DNA of 62,961 nt, the filler included, from Octopus bimaculoides (taxonomy: Eukaryota), in assembly GCF_001194135.2 (NCBI RefSeq). It is 5 parts of 4 records of this genome, joined end to end, with 100 filler letters (N's around TTAATTAATTAA, not from the genome) between each part and the next. Parts side by side here need not be neighbours in the genome. Positions count along the whole stretch, not along the records: positions 45,831 to 58,852 come from NC_069002.1; positions 58,953 to 60,890 come from NW_026318088.1; positions 60,991 to 62,961 come from NC_068992.1; 2 more parts are not named here. One strand, 5' to 3'. Numbering within the stretch: the stretch's first letter is position 1; the number at the start of each line of letters is the position of its first letter. The notes beneath the pieces were generated by a model that saw only the letters and a list, made by a program, of their open reading frames with translations, did not search any database and was not told where the DNA came from. Positions 49,151 to 62,004 of this stretch are shown piece after piece. Made by a program: the position numbers and the translations under genes.

Positions 49151-49280
49151 GAAAATGCTATTTTACAAGATGTAAAGATATTTTTCAAAATCAGAATATG
49201 AGCGTTGATCGAATTTTCTTCTATGGATCACAAGCCCAACCATCAACAATGTGTTCACAGGAATGTACCTACACGTTTTG
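49151..49280 (+). CDS. Candidate internal host exon, Cys-containing peptide
   Basis: Pyrimidine tract plus TTTAG/GAG acceptor (49147 or 49150); TTG|GTAAGT donor at 49280/49281; only one open frame, (G)KCYFTRCKDIFQNQNMSVDRIFFYGSQAQPSTMCSQECTYTF; unique AT-rich flanks. Confidence 0.4.
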
Positions 49281-49489
49281 GTAAGTTCCATCAATATGAT
49301 GCAGATTCATTCCACATGGCGGTAATTCAATATAGTAAGATATAAGAAATAATCAAATATTACAAAAACGTATTACCTAGCGAGAAGAAGCAGAAAAGGT
49401 CACGTGGTTTAAAAAACTACATTCAGTTATTTTCCTATATATACGTAAATATTAATACACCCACACACTTGTGTATGTGTGCGCGCGTG

Positions 49490-49545
<56 letters not shown>

Positions 49546-50146
49546 ATCTATGCACATACAGATACATATATTTACATTTACAGATGCATACACACAGATA
49601 TTGTTATATACAACCACTACAGATGTGTTTAATGCTAAGGAGTGCTAAGTTCTGGTAATATGCTGGAGATTTAGTCTTGGCATATATCGTGCCTAGAATA
49701 CTTAATTCTAAAATAGAAGGTATTTGCGAAACAATCGGGTCATCAAACGTAAAAGAAAGAAATATTGAAGGAGGGGTAGGGATGGAAGCGAGAATAGAAT
49801 CTGATAAACGCACACACACACAAATACATGAACATACAAGCAAACATCCACATACGTTCAGACACATGCACAAACACACACGTACACACAAGCCCTACAT
49901 GCGTAAACACATCCGCGCGAAAACACACCTATGCACAAACACATACGCATGCACAAACACAAACACACATATGCACACATATGTACACACACGTATGCAC
50001 AAACACACATGCATAAACACACCCATTTACGCACGCAGACACAGAGGCGACCAGAAATACGAGGCTTCAAAGTTTAGATACGAGTGTAATTCAGAGTGGA
50101 AACGCATACACACGCGCGCACGTGCGCACACACACATGCTTACATA

Positions 50147-50204
<58 letters not shown>

Positions 50205-50779
50205 NNNNNNNNNNNNNNNNNNNNNNNNNNNNNNNNNNNNNNNNNNNNNNNNNNNNNNNNNNNNNNNNNNNNNNNNNNNNNNNNNNNNNNNNNNNNNNNN
50301 NNNNNNNNNNNNNNNNNNNNNNNNNNNNNNNNNNNNNNNNNNNNNNNNNNNNNNNNNNNNNNNNNNNNNNNNNNNNNNNNNNNNNNNNNNNNNNNNNNNN
50401 NNNNNNNNNNNNNNNNNNNNNNNNNNNNNNNNNNNNNNNNNNNNNNNNNNNNNNNNNNNNNNNNNNNNNNNNNNNNNNNNNNNNNNNNNNNNNNNNNNNN
50501 NNNNNNNNNNNNNNNNNNNNNNNNNNNNNNNNNNNNNNNNNNNNNNNNNNNNNNNNNNNNNNNNNNNNNNNNNNNNNNNNNNNNNNNNNNNNNNNNNNNN
50601 NNNNNNNNNNNNNNNNNNNNNNNNNNNNNNNNNNNNNNNNNNNNNNNNNNNNNNNNNNNNNNNNNNNNNNNNNNNNNNNNNNNNNNNNNNNNNNNNNNNN
50701 NNNNNNNNNNNNNNNNNNNNNNNNNNNNNNNNNNNNNNNNNNNNNNNNNNNNNNNNNNNNNNNNNNNNNNNNNNNNNNN

Positions 50780-50812
<33 letters not shown>

Positions 50813-51596
50813 ATGTGCGTATGTCTATGTATGTGGATATGAAATAAGCTGTTTATAGAAAAACATATGCATACACGTATATGTAACATGCCTTTGTTCC
50901 CATTCGTGAAGCGCGCATTTTGTAATGCATATGCTTATATGTTTAAAATACTTGTAAGATCAGCAATTACAGATACACATATATAGATACACACGAGCGA
51001 ACATGAATACATGCATATACAGTCACACATGCACACACACACACAGTATGTATATATAAACTACATTAGTACGTACATTCATATACATATAACATACACA
51101 CACAGACACATGCACACATTTAAAATACATATGTTTCTGTCATGTCTCTACGTAGATATATACGTATGTAATGCAATACTTCTGTAGTTTGTGAAGTCGT
51201 GTGTATTCTGCATTCTGTATACATGCATACGCACACATACATTGGACAGAGTCTTATTTTATTTATACACATACATTAGGATGTACAAAACACACACCAA
51301 CCCCCAACCTTGCAATAGGGACATATTAATGCATTTATTTAAAAAGGCGTGATTAAGCATGACTGAGTCAAGCGTGCTGGAGCCAGCCAAGTAACGTACA
51401 TATACGGACAGACACATTTGCAAGGTGTATATGTTTCTGCGTATAAATCTTTACTATATACGCACGAGCACACACGCATGCGTACACTCATGCGCGCACA
51501 CACGTACATTAACATAAAGTGAGAGATACACACATGTACATATACATTAAGTGAGACACACACACACACACACACACACATGAATATATGTACACA

Positions 51597-51759
51597 GGCG
51601 CAGGTGTGGCTGTGTGGTAAGTAGCTTGCTTACCAACCACATGGTTCTGGGTTCATTCCCATTGCGTGGCACCTTGGGCAAGTGTCTTCTACTATAGCCT
51701 CGGGCCGACCAAAGCCTTCTGAGTGGATTTGGTAGACGGAAAACTGAAAGAAGCCCGTC

Positions 51760-51815
<56 letters not shown>

Positions 51816-52020
51816 ATGTTTATGTGTCTATGTTGGTCCCCCTAACATCGCTTGACAACCGATGCTGGTGTGTTTACGTCCCCGTAACTTAGCGGTTCGG
51901 CAAAAGAGACCGATAGAATAAGTACTAGGCTTCCAAAGAATAAGTCCTGGGGTCTATTTGCTCGACTAAAAGGCGGTGCTCCAGCATGGCCACAGTCAAA
52001 CGACTGAAACAAGTAAAAGA
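51597..52020 (+). mobile_element. SINE family A, full length and best preserved copy
   Basis: Head, central block, internal (TA)n(TG)n, and tail ending GACTGAAACAAGTAAAAGA. Confidence 0.9.
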
Positions 52021-52034
52021 GATACACGCACGAG

Positions 52035-52066
<32 letters not shown>

Positions 52067-52399
52067 TATAAACGTTTATATACATACATTACATATGTAC
52101 GTTCATATGCATGAAATACATATACATATGCGTATATATAATATTTATGTATATAGTATAATTTAATGTATGTGCATAGACATATACGTATACATATGTA
52201 TGTATGTATGCATGTATGTATGTATGTATGTATGTATGTATGTATGTATGTATGCATGTATGCATGTATGTGTATATAATACACACGCATACATATACAT
52301 ATATGATGAATGATCAAAAGCGAAGGAAAAAGCACAAGTAGGACGTTTTTTAACAAAGAAGTTACGAGAATAACGTTCGAAAAGAACAGGATCTGCAAA

Positions 52400-53121
52400 G
52401 GTTGGCAAAGGCTGGTATGGAATTTGTAGGTCGCAAATTCAAGCGAAGAAACCTTACCAGATTGCAGCCTCTTACCAGAGGAGGTAAGAGGCTGCAAGTG
52501 TTGCTGATGAAAGAACTGTAATACAGCACCGATTGCAGTGTCTGATGCATTAACCACAAACGAAAGTTTTGCATCGGAAACAGTGTAAAAGGAGGGATGA
52601 TGTAGAGAACACTTTTTCATCGGCGAAAAACAAAACAATGTCGGTCAGGTGCAAAAGAGCCGGAAAAATCTTCACAAAGCGGGGCTGGAGAAGTTGAATG
52701 AGTCGAAGCAAAAGTCCAGGGCAGCGAAGGATGAAACGTCGATAAAAATTGATCAAGCCAAGAAAATGGCGCGGCCGTCAAAAAGAAATCGAAGGAGGCA
52801 GGTCCTTAATGGCTGCAACGTTGGTGAAACTCAAAGACCATCTTCTTCAATGGTGCGACCAATGGCAGCGAGCGGGAAAAATTAAACCGAAGCGAGACGA
52901 GGCATGCGCGTTTGGCATCGGTGCGTATGCATAAAGCACCACGAGGTTACGCATGAAAAAATGAGTCGGCAAGATGGGTAGCCATCTTGGAAACAGGTAA
53001 ATGTACACACAAAGTAGAATGCTGCAAATATAGTTTTTAAAGTGTTAGTCCCATGAGCATAATTATGTTAATTTTTTGGGGGAATATTTCCGAAAGAAAT
53101 ATTCCAACGTCGGGGTCACCA
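52400..53121 (-). mobile_element. Ty3/Gypsy remnant: tRNA-Trp PBS plus degraded RT-RNaseH
   Basis: PBS TGGTGACCCCGACGT (53121-53107); peptides VAAIKDLPP, LINFYRRFI, AKLSFVVNASDTAIGAVLQ...HLQPL...KRLQS. Confidence 0.8.
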
Positions 53122-53668
53122 ATTTAATGGGCGCTCACTCATGTAACAGAAACCAGGGTTATGTGGTAGGTAGTCACCAGCGTGACGGGAACCAATATAA
53201 CGTGTGTGTTATCATTAATTTAATGTGTGAATGTTTTGTGACAGCGTATATCCAAAAAGGAATACCAGAAGGCAAGGTATGTAAAACAAAACATTGAAAT
53301 TTATTCTTTTAGTGTAACAAACACGTGTATGAAGCAATAAGAATTCTTTTTAGGTTGGTGTGTGAATGTTAATTAATTGGTGTAGCGAGACATAAATGAA
53401 TTTCGCATGACTTACGATGTATTTCATCTTGGTGGCTTATATGCTGCAGAATGAAAATAGATAGAAGTGAAACGAGTTGCGCGGCGTTGGTAGTGAACAC
53501 TGTACTAGACGCATAGCAGAAAGGGTGATGTTGTTACTAGAGCTGCCAAATCCACAACTCTCTAAATTGGCGCTGAACATAGAAGATGTGCCATATTGAA
53601 GAAAGCGATGTTGCTTTCTCGCCGTCAAATCCGCAACTGGTTTAGCTCTTTTCTGTCTCGCTACAGAG

Positions 53669-53706
53669 TCTTTAACGTTTCGAACGTTACTCCTTCATCA
53701 GAAAAA
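53669..53706 (-). ncRNA. Minimal type I hammerhead motif with canonical core
   Basis: Minus strand UUUUU-CUGAUGA-A-GGA-GUAACG-UUC-GAAA-C-GUU-AAAGA. Confidence 0.55.
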
Positions 53707-53894
53707 GATGAAAAGGGAGGAAAGATAGAAAGAGGAAGTGGTAGAAGAAGAAGAAGAAGAAGAAGAAGAAGAAGAAGAAGAAGAAGAAGAAGAAGAAGAA
53801 GAAATTGTAAAGAGGCCGGGTAGGAATGCGGTTCTATAAGAAGTTAAGAAGAGAGGAAGGTGCAGGGCGTTGTGTAAACGTACACACACACACA

Positions 53895-53942
<48 letters not shown>

Positions 53943-54114
53943 ACATGAGTACAGGCATGGCTATGTGGCACCCAAACATATAGTTTCGGGTTCAATCCCA
54001 TTGCATGGCATCTTGGGCAAGTGTCTTCTGCTATAACCTCGGATCGACCAGGCCTTGTGAGAGGACTTGGCATATAGAAACTGAAAGAAGCCCGTCGTAT
54101 ATATATATATACTC

Positions 54115-54631
54115 AGTTCTTCCGTACAAAAACGGATTGAGGTCATTTCCTTGACACAGGTGTATAAAAAAAATAGAAGTATTGTACTCAGAGAAAGGGA
54201 GCCACCTTCCAACTAGGCATCTTTTCGGAGAGACATAGACCACATTGCAGCCTCTCCGTTGGCAACACCAGTACAAATTCCCACGAATTGCTTTTCTCCC
54301 ATGGGATGTCCTTTCTTAAAAATTTTCTTTTCTGCTATTATTCCTTCCTCTTGGAAGAAATAAGCTGCATCCTCATCCGTCTTCACTTTTTCCATCAAGC
54401 AGGAAAGGTTTATAATTGTGACCATCTCGCCACTGTTCTAAAATCTCTATACCGTTCTCGAATGGAATTCCTACTGTTATGAAAACAAACAATTATGGAA
54501 CACGTGGTGTTTACACTTCTTGTGCGTATGCGCAGCATCTTTGGTTACTATGGAAACAGAGTTCTTTGCAAACAATTATGGAACACGTGGTGGTTACACT
54601 CTTTGGTTACTATGGAAACAGAGTTCTTTGC
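54115..54631 (-). mobile_element. Merlin/IS1595-like transposon 5' fragment with subterminal tandem repeats
   Basis: NLSCLMEKVKTDEDAAYFFQEEGII...KGHPM...SLRKDA*LEGGSLSLSTILLF.Y...KEMTSIRFCTEEL; duplicated blocks at 54487-54631. Confidence 0.65.
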
Positions 54632-54922
54632 TTACTATGCTAACAGAACTTTACGATGATGTATAAAATACTCGCTTCTGATTGGCTAAAATACCCAAAT
54701 TTTGTGAACTTTTTAAATTTATAGGAAAAATGATTTTCATTTTCATAATTAGTATACAAAATTTAATCCATATACCAAATTTGAAAACAAGTGGAACAAA
54801 ATTAGAGAAGGTAATTCAAACCACAAAGANNNNNNNNNNNNNNNNNNNNNNNNNNNNNNNNNNNNNNNNNNNNNNNNNNNNNNNNNNNNNNCCACAAAGA
54901 TTCCAAGTAGAAGAATAAAAGA

Positions 54923-54953
<31 letters not shown>

Positions 54954-54959
54954 TGTATG

Positions 54960-54997
<38 letters not shown>

Positions 54998-55139
54998 CAC
55001 AAGACAGAAATAGGCTCTAAGATGTCCACACTTGAGAACATATACCTTTAAACAAATTAAATGAACACAACTCAATCATCAATAGTATTTATGCTAGTTA
55101 TAATAATGATTGTAATAATTAATGATATTTATACAAATG

Positions 55140-55266
<127 letters not shown>

Positions 55267-55831
55267 AAATAATAATAATAACAATAATATTAATTGAGGG
55301 CATAAGACCAAAATAAATAAAACACCTCTGAATAAATAATGTACTCCAAAAACAGCTAAAAAGCAAAATTGTTACAATTAAATGTAATCTGAATAAACAT
55401 TAGAAAACCGCGCTTCAACTATAATATCAGGAGAAGTGATTACAAGATCAGAATTCAATTCGATTTAAAAAGTAACGCTATCACCTTCAACTGAATACCA
55501 ACGTAAGACGCTTGTTTGAATCAGTTAACTTTGAACGTCATGGGTGATGGACCCTTGATGAAACTGCAGCAACGCGGATGTATAATTGCATGCAGAGCAA
55601 TGTGCAATCGCTGCAACCGAAACATATGTAGGTGAGTGTTATAAATGCTGCAGAAAATATTTTAATAAAAAAGCTTGAGATACGAATAAATCTCTACTCT
55701 CCAATTCATTATCAATTATATTATATTATATATATAGGCGCAGGCGTAGCTGTGTGGTAAGAAGCTCGCTTCCCAACCACATGGTTCTGGGTTCAGGTCT
55801 ACTGCGTGGCACTGGCACCTTCGGCAAGTGT

Positions 55832-55866
<35 letters not shown>

Positions 55867-56099
55867 AGCGTGCGTGCGTGTATGTGTACGAGTGAAAGGA
55901 CAAAGGAAAAAAAGGGCACTCAACACATTTAGTAGGAGTTACATATAGCAGCCTATTTTCCAGTCGCCATCTTGAACTTCCAGTAGCTATCTTGTTCTTC
56001 CTGTATTTCTTCATTCGGTAATCTGGGCTTTTTTAGTTGCCTGCAAAACTTTAAGCAGTATGGAGCCGAATCAAACTCTTTTAAGTAATAATCCTTTCT

Positions 56100-56431
56100 A
56101 CTAAAGGCACTAGGCTTGAAATACTTAGTTTATCGACCTCGAAAGGATGAAAGGCAAAGTTAACCTCGACGGAATTTGAAATCAGAACGTGAAGACGGGC
56201 GAAATGTTGTAAAGTATTTTGCTCGGTACGCTAACGATTCTGCCAGCTCGCTACATTTAAATAATAATTTATTTCTTTATTACACACAAGAGGCTAAACA
56301 TAGAGGGGACAAACAAGGACAGACAAAGGGAGTAAGTCGATTACATCGACCCCAGTGCGTAACTGGTACATATTTAAGCGATTCCGAAAGGATGAAAGGC
56401 AAAGTCGACCTCGGCGGAATTTGAACTCAGG
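56100..56431 (-). mobile_element. Two SINE family B copies; the second (56269-56431) is 5'-truncated with a 16-bp TSD
   Basis: ACATTTAAATAATAAT (56253-56268) and ACATTTAAATAACAAT (56432-56447) flank the second copy. Confidence 0.78.
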
Positions 56432-56450
56432 ACATTTAAATAACAATAAC

Positions 56451-56481
<31 letters not shown>

Positions 56482-56638
56482 TGTATGTATGTATGTATGT
56501 ATGTTTGTGTGCGTGTTTGTGCGTGTGTGCGTTCGTGTGCGTGCGCGTGTGTGTGTGTCCATACATACATCAGTAGGCAGGCAATGATTAAGATATCAAA
56601 AAGAGAATCTCAGTGACCCGAAAGGACAATATCAGCAA

Positions 56639-56673
<35 letters not shown>

Positions 56674-56836
56674 CCACCACCACCAACAACAACAACAACA
56701 GCAACAACAGCTAAATCAGGAACAGCTACAACAGGATGATGAAGAATCAGAGTAAGAATGGTTATTACAGTCGGAAGACATCAATTATGGTATTGCAGTG
56801 AAAGTCTTTAATAAGCTGCAGAGTATGGACCAGAAA

Positions 56837-56905
<69 letters not shown>

Positions 56906-58618
56906 ATCTATCTATCTATCTATCTACGTCTCTTTCTGTCTCCACACAAACACTGACACATACACACGCATACACCCACCACACACAAATTTGTATTTAT
57001 GTATCCACGAATCTAAGTTTTATATTAAAATGGATCAAAGACAGTAGATCCGATTTAGAGAATTTGATACCCGGATTTTGTTCATTGAGAAGCATAATCA
57101 GGTAAAACTGCTCTCTCTCTTTTTCTCTCTCTCTCATACACACATAATCACACCCACCCAAATATGCACACACGTATATACGTGTATAATTGCATGTCTG
57201 TCTATTTGTTGCTAGTAGTCTGTTATATATTTCGAAGAACGTATTCAGGTGCAGGAATAATCGTGTGGTTAAGAAGTTAGTTTCGGATTAACTTTGTTGC
57301 AGGAAAAGAAAAGGAAAATAAGATAAAACAAGGAAGAAAAACAAGAATTGTGACTCTCAAAGACAAAATTACGTTGGTTTATGCGAATGTAATTAAAAAA
57401 AAACACGCAGACCACCAGTTTTCTTTCTGCACTTGGGTAAGAATAAAGCCACAAAGTTTGCCATTTGTGGGAACTGCAAACTAACTACACACCACTCACA
57501 ATTAAAGTGGAGCACCGTGGAGTGATCCACGCCATATGTAAATGGATCAAAGAGATCTAGACTTTATGTAACCGAATGATCTCACGTTCTTTTTAGATCC
57601 CAAAATTCAAAGGCCCTATTTAATACCAGATCCGAAAATTTTAATAACTGCAAACATAGGGACAAATTTCTTTTGGATAACATCACACTCACCGAATTGA
57701 ACATGCAGCCTCACTAACTTTGATCTCACCTCCGTGAAATCATTCTACACCTGCTATATTNNNNNNNNNNNNNNNNNNNNNNNNNNNNNNNNNNNNNNNN
57801 NNNNNNNNNNNNNNNNNNNNNNNNNNNNNNNNNNNNNNNNNNNNNNNNNNNNNNNNNNNNNNNNNNNNNNNNNNNNNNNNNNNNNNNNNNNNNNNNNNNN
57901 NNNNNNNNNNNNNNNNNNNNNNNNNNNNNNNNNNNNNNNNNNNNNNNNNNNNNNNNNNNNNNNNNNNNNNNNNNNNNNNNNNNNNNNNNNNNNNNNNNNN
58001 NNNNNNNNNNNNNNNNNNNNNNNNNNNNNNNNNNNNNNNNNNNNNNNNNNNNNNNNNNNNNNNNNNNNNNNNNNNNNNNNNNNNNNNNNNNNNNNNNNNN
58101 NNNNNNNNNNNNNNNNNNNNNNNNNNNNNNNNNNNNNNNNNNNNNNNNNNNNNNNNNNNNNNNNNNNNNNNNNNNNNNNNNNNNNNNNNNNNNNNNNNNN
58201 NNNNNNNNNNNNNNNNNNNNNNNNNNNNNNNNNNNNNNNNNNNNNNNNNNNNNNNNNNNNNNNNNNNNNNNNTATATATATATATATTTATATATATGCA
58301 TACATATTCATAGTTACATACATATATACATGCCTACATACACTCATGCAAAGTATGTGTGCACATACATTTATAGATAAAGAGTGCAATCTTTAAGTGT
58401 AATAAAAACGAAATTGTTTATGGGCAATATTGAAAACATCTTGACAAGAGACTGTATAATCAGGACAGATAAGGTATATGCGTGTATGTAGGTAGTGTAT
58501 GTATATATGTGTGTACATATTTATGAACTGTATGTGTGTATAAACGTATATATGTATGTGTGTATGGATGTGTGTTAGTATGTATGTTTGTGCATATTGA
58601 TTTGTATGTATGTGTGTG

Positions 58619-58672
<54 letters not shown>

Positions 58673-58817
58673 CATGCATATATATATATATATGTTTACA
58701 CACACACACACACATATGTATGGTTGTATGTCAGCATGGCTAAATGCTTGTGCATGTATGTATGAATGTAAGTATGTCTGGATGTATATATATATATATA
58801 TATATAGATATACATAC

Positions 58818-58848
<31 letters not shown>

Positions 58849-61204
58849 CATANNNNNNNNNNNNNNNNNNNNNNNNNNNNNNNNNNNNNNNNNNNNTTAA
58901 TTAATTAANNNNNNNNNNNNNNNNNNNNNNNNNNNNNNNNNNNNNNNNNNNNTCTGTGACAGCAACATACACATTGCTCCCGTTCTCTATCTCCCCCTCT
59001 TCTTCTCTTCCTAACTCGCTCTCGCAAATGTATACACGTGCAAGTAAACACAATCATTCACGTTCGTCAATGTGGCATAACTACAGAGTTGTACCCACCG
59101 ACTTTGGAAGGTCATAACTTTCAGAAAAATGAATATTTTTTAATGAAATTTTCTATGCATATATTATTTATTATGTNNNNNNNNNNNNNNNNNNNNNNNN
59201 NNNNNNNNNNNNNNNNNNNNNNNNNNNNNNNNNNNNNNNNNNNNNNNNNNNNNNNNNNNNNNNNNNNNNNNNNNNNNNNNNNNNNNNNNNNNNNNNNNNN
59301 NNNNNNNNNNNNNNNNNNNNNNNNNNNNNNNNNNNNNNNNNNNNNNNNNNNNNNNNNNNNNNNNNNNNNNNNNNNNNNNNNNNNNNNNNNNNNNNNNNNN
59401 NNNNNNNNNNNNNNNNNNNNNNNNNNNNNNNNNNNNNNNNNNNNNNNNNNNNNNNNNNNNNNNNNNNNNNNNNNNNNNNNNNNNNNNNNNNNNNNNNNNN
59501 NNNNNNNNNNNNNNNNNNNNNNNNNNNNNNNNNNNNNNNNNNNNNNNNNNNNNNNNNNNNNNNNNNNNNNNNNNNNNNNNNNNNNNNNNNNNNNNNNNNN
59601 NNNNNNNNNNNNNNNNNNNNNNNNNNNNNNNNNNNNNNNNNNNNNNNNNNNNNNNNNNNNNNNNNNNNNNNNNNNNNNNNNNNNNNNNNNNNNNNNNNNN
59701 NNNNNNNNNNNNNNNNNNNNNNNNNNNNNNNNNNNNNNNNNNNNNNNNNNNNNNNNNNNNNNNNNNNNNNNNNNNNNNNNNNNNNNNNNNNNNNTATACA
59801 TAGATTATGCCTCCAAAGAAGAGAGCTTGCTGGGGAAAGGAAGCAACCGGTTTAAAATGACATTCCAGAAGCTACTTTGAACATAATGCAAAATGGTGCA
59901 TCAACATCTGCCCAATCTGATAGAATTCTGGCAAAACTGTGTACCAACAGATCGCCAGCAATTGCTTCATCAGAAATTGCCGTCCTAGCTCCTGCGAAAA
60001 GGGATTACCCTGCAGTGTATAATCAGGGCAGCGCAAAAAGTTGTTTTCACAAGCATTTCTATAGCCAATTAGACGGATGAAATTTACATACGCTTAATAA
60101 TGTTATGCTTAATAATTTTACGCAAAACAGCCTTCAGACTTTCCCTATTAATTTCATCGTCTTCTGAATTATGAACAAATTTGATGATGATGATAATGTA
60201 TGCCATATTTCCTGATATTATCCATAGTGGCAAAAGTATACTTCCCAAATTATCTGTTATATGATGGGAAACATTCTAGCATTTAAACAAACACGCAGAG
60301 TTGCTCTTTCTCATTGTCAAAGTTTTGGGATTAATTTAAATAAACTAAACCAGAATTGTTGTATTTCTTCTCCAGTTAGTATCTTACAAGTACTTTTTTT
60401 TTTATCTTCACATATTTTTTGCATTTTCGTTCAATATTCATAGCTATTTAGTGTTATCTGCTTCCAGACAGCATCTAATATAAATTTCAGATTCTTAGTC
60501 TGCTCATTTGACTGCAGTCTGTCTCTAAGAAAAATAAAATATATTTGATTGTTTTCCCTGTACTATGCCTCTCTGTATTGACAGAGAATTAGGAACTGTG
60601 AGGAAATTATGGTGTTTCACTAGTGTGCATACGTGTGCAACTACAAATAGTTGGTAGTTGGATAGGACATAAGAAACACACATACGCACACGCACACATA
60701 TACACGTGTGAGTGTGTGTGAGTGTCTGTGAAAGATGGTTTTTAAGAAATATTTCAGAACAAATTGGAACATTTGCTTTGAATTTAGCCAATATTTAGGA
60801 TTGAGTAGAAACTAAATAGAGGAATTAATATATATATAAAAAAAAGGTGTTATTCTGTTGTAAAATAACATACACATTCACACACACACANNNNNNNNNN
60901 NNNNNNNNNNNNNNNNNNNNNNNNNNNNNNNNNNTTAATTAATTAANNNNNNNNNNNNNNNNNNNNNNNNNNNNNNNNNNNNNNNNNNNNTATATATATT
61001 ACATTATATATATATATACATATAGATATATATGCATGTATACATATATATATGTGCGTGATTGCGTGCGTGTGTGGGAATGGTTAGCAGCAGTATTAGA
61101 GCGTAGATTAGGATGCTTTGCAGTGTTCATTCCAATTCATTGCATTCTGACTGCAAATCCCGCTGAAGTCCACAGGTCAGCTTCCCATTTCTTGGGGGTT
61201 AAGC

Positions 61205-61430
61205 TTGACAGACCTACTGGCTATCACATATATTGACCGGTCAAAACGCAAGGCATTCAACAACTGTCACTCTTGTGCCTTTTTCACCAAATATGTGGAG
61301 GATAACCTCATATTAACATCACCTCATACGAAAGCTGTTAAAATATACATGTTCATCAATATTGATGAGCATACAAAATTTGAAATGAAGCATTTCTAGA
61401 ACACTGGTCCCTTATCTCTGCCTGATTTTT
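61205..61430 (+). pseudogene. Degraded Penelope-like RT fragment
   Basis: FFTKYVEDNLIL...INIDEHTKFEM resembles the RYVDD...NxxxxxIKFxxE region of PLE RTs. Confidence 0.45.
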
Positions 61431-61629
61431 AGTACAAAATCACAGAGAATGGATCCATCTCAACTAACTTTCACAGAAAAGTAGGTACGAGTGAGAATTC
61501 ATACTACAGGAATTGTATGTTTGTTAGAAAAATGCTCCTTCCTCAGAGGAAGAATTTATCTGGCCGTAACCCAGTGACCAAAAATAAAGTAAAAGATAAA
61601 AGTTGTATGTCTCTTCTATTTTTTAATTA

Positions 61630-61930
61630 TTATAAATCTTCCACTGAGGAGAGGACCGGTTTCCAACAAAGATACAAAACTCCATCTTTGTGATGTAGAT
61701 AATACAGACAAATTCACATTTGAAACTTGAGAAAAGTTTTGCATATTTTTACTGTTCCACTCACAGATTGCACTAGTAATGTACGAATTATCCGGTCGAT
61801 TTCTCTTTCTGAAAATCCCAGTTTATCTAGATTCTCCTTTAAGCATTTACTAACAAAACCTAGTGCTCCAATTATTATTGGTATGAATACGAATTCATAA
61901 TCTAGATAATCTGTATAGGAGGTCATCAGG
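61630..61930 (-). pseudogene. 3' end of an R4/Dong-like RLE LINE
   Basis: FIPIIIGALGFVSKCLKENLDKLGF...SGTVKICKTFLKFQM*, plus a short 3' UTR; related tails at 62480-62585 (-) and 61505-61558 (+). Confidence 0.75.
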
Positions 61931-62004
61931 AAGAGAGTGCCTCTTGAGGAGCTCACTGCCAACTCGTACAATGTATGTATGTATGTATGTATGTATGAAT
62001 GTAT

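Noticed and set aside
59810-60080. MPPKKRACWGK... start and the 67-aa plus-strand ORF
   Set aside because: Broken frames and no recognisable domain; possibly a transposon N-terminus but unsupported.
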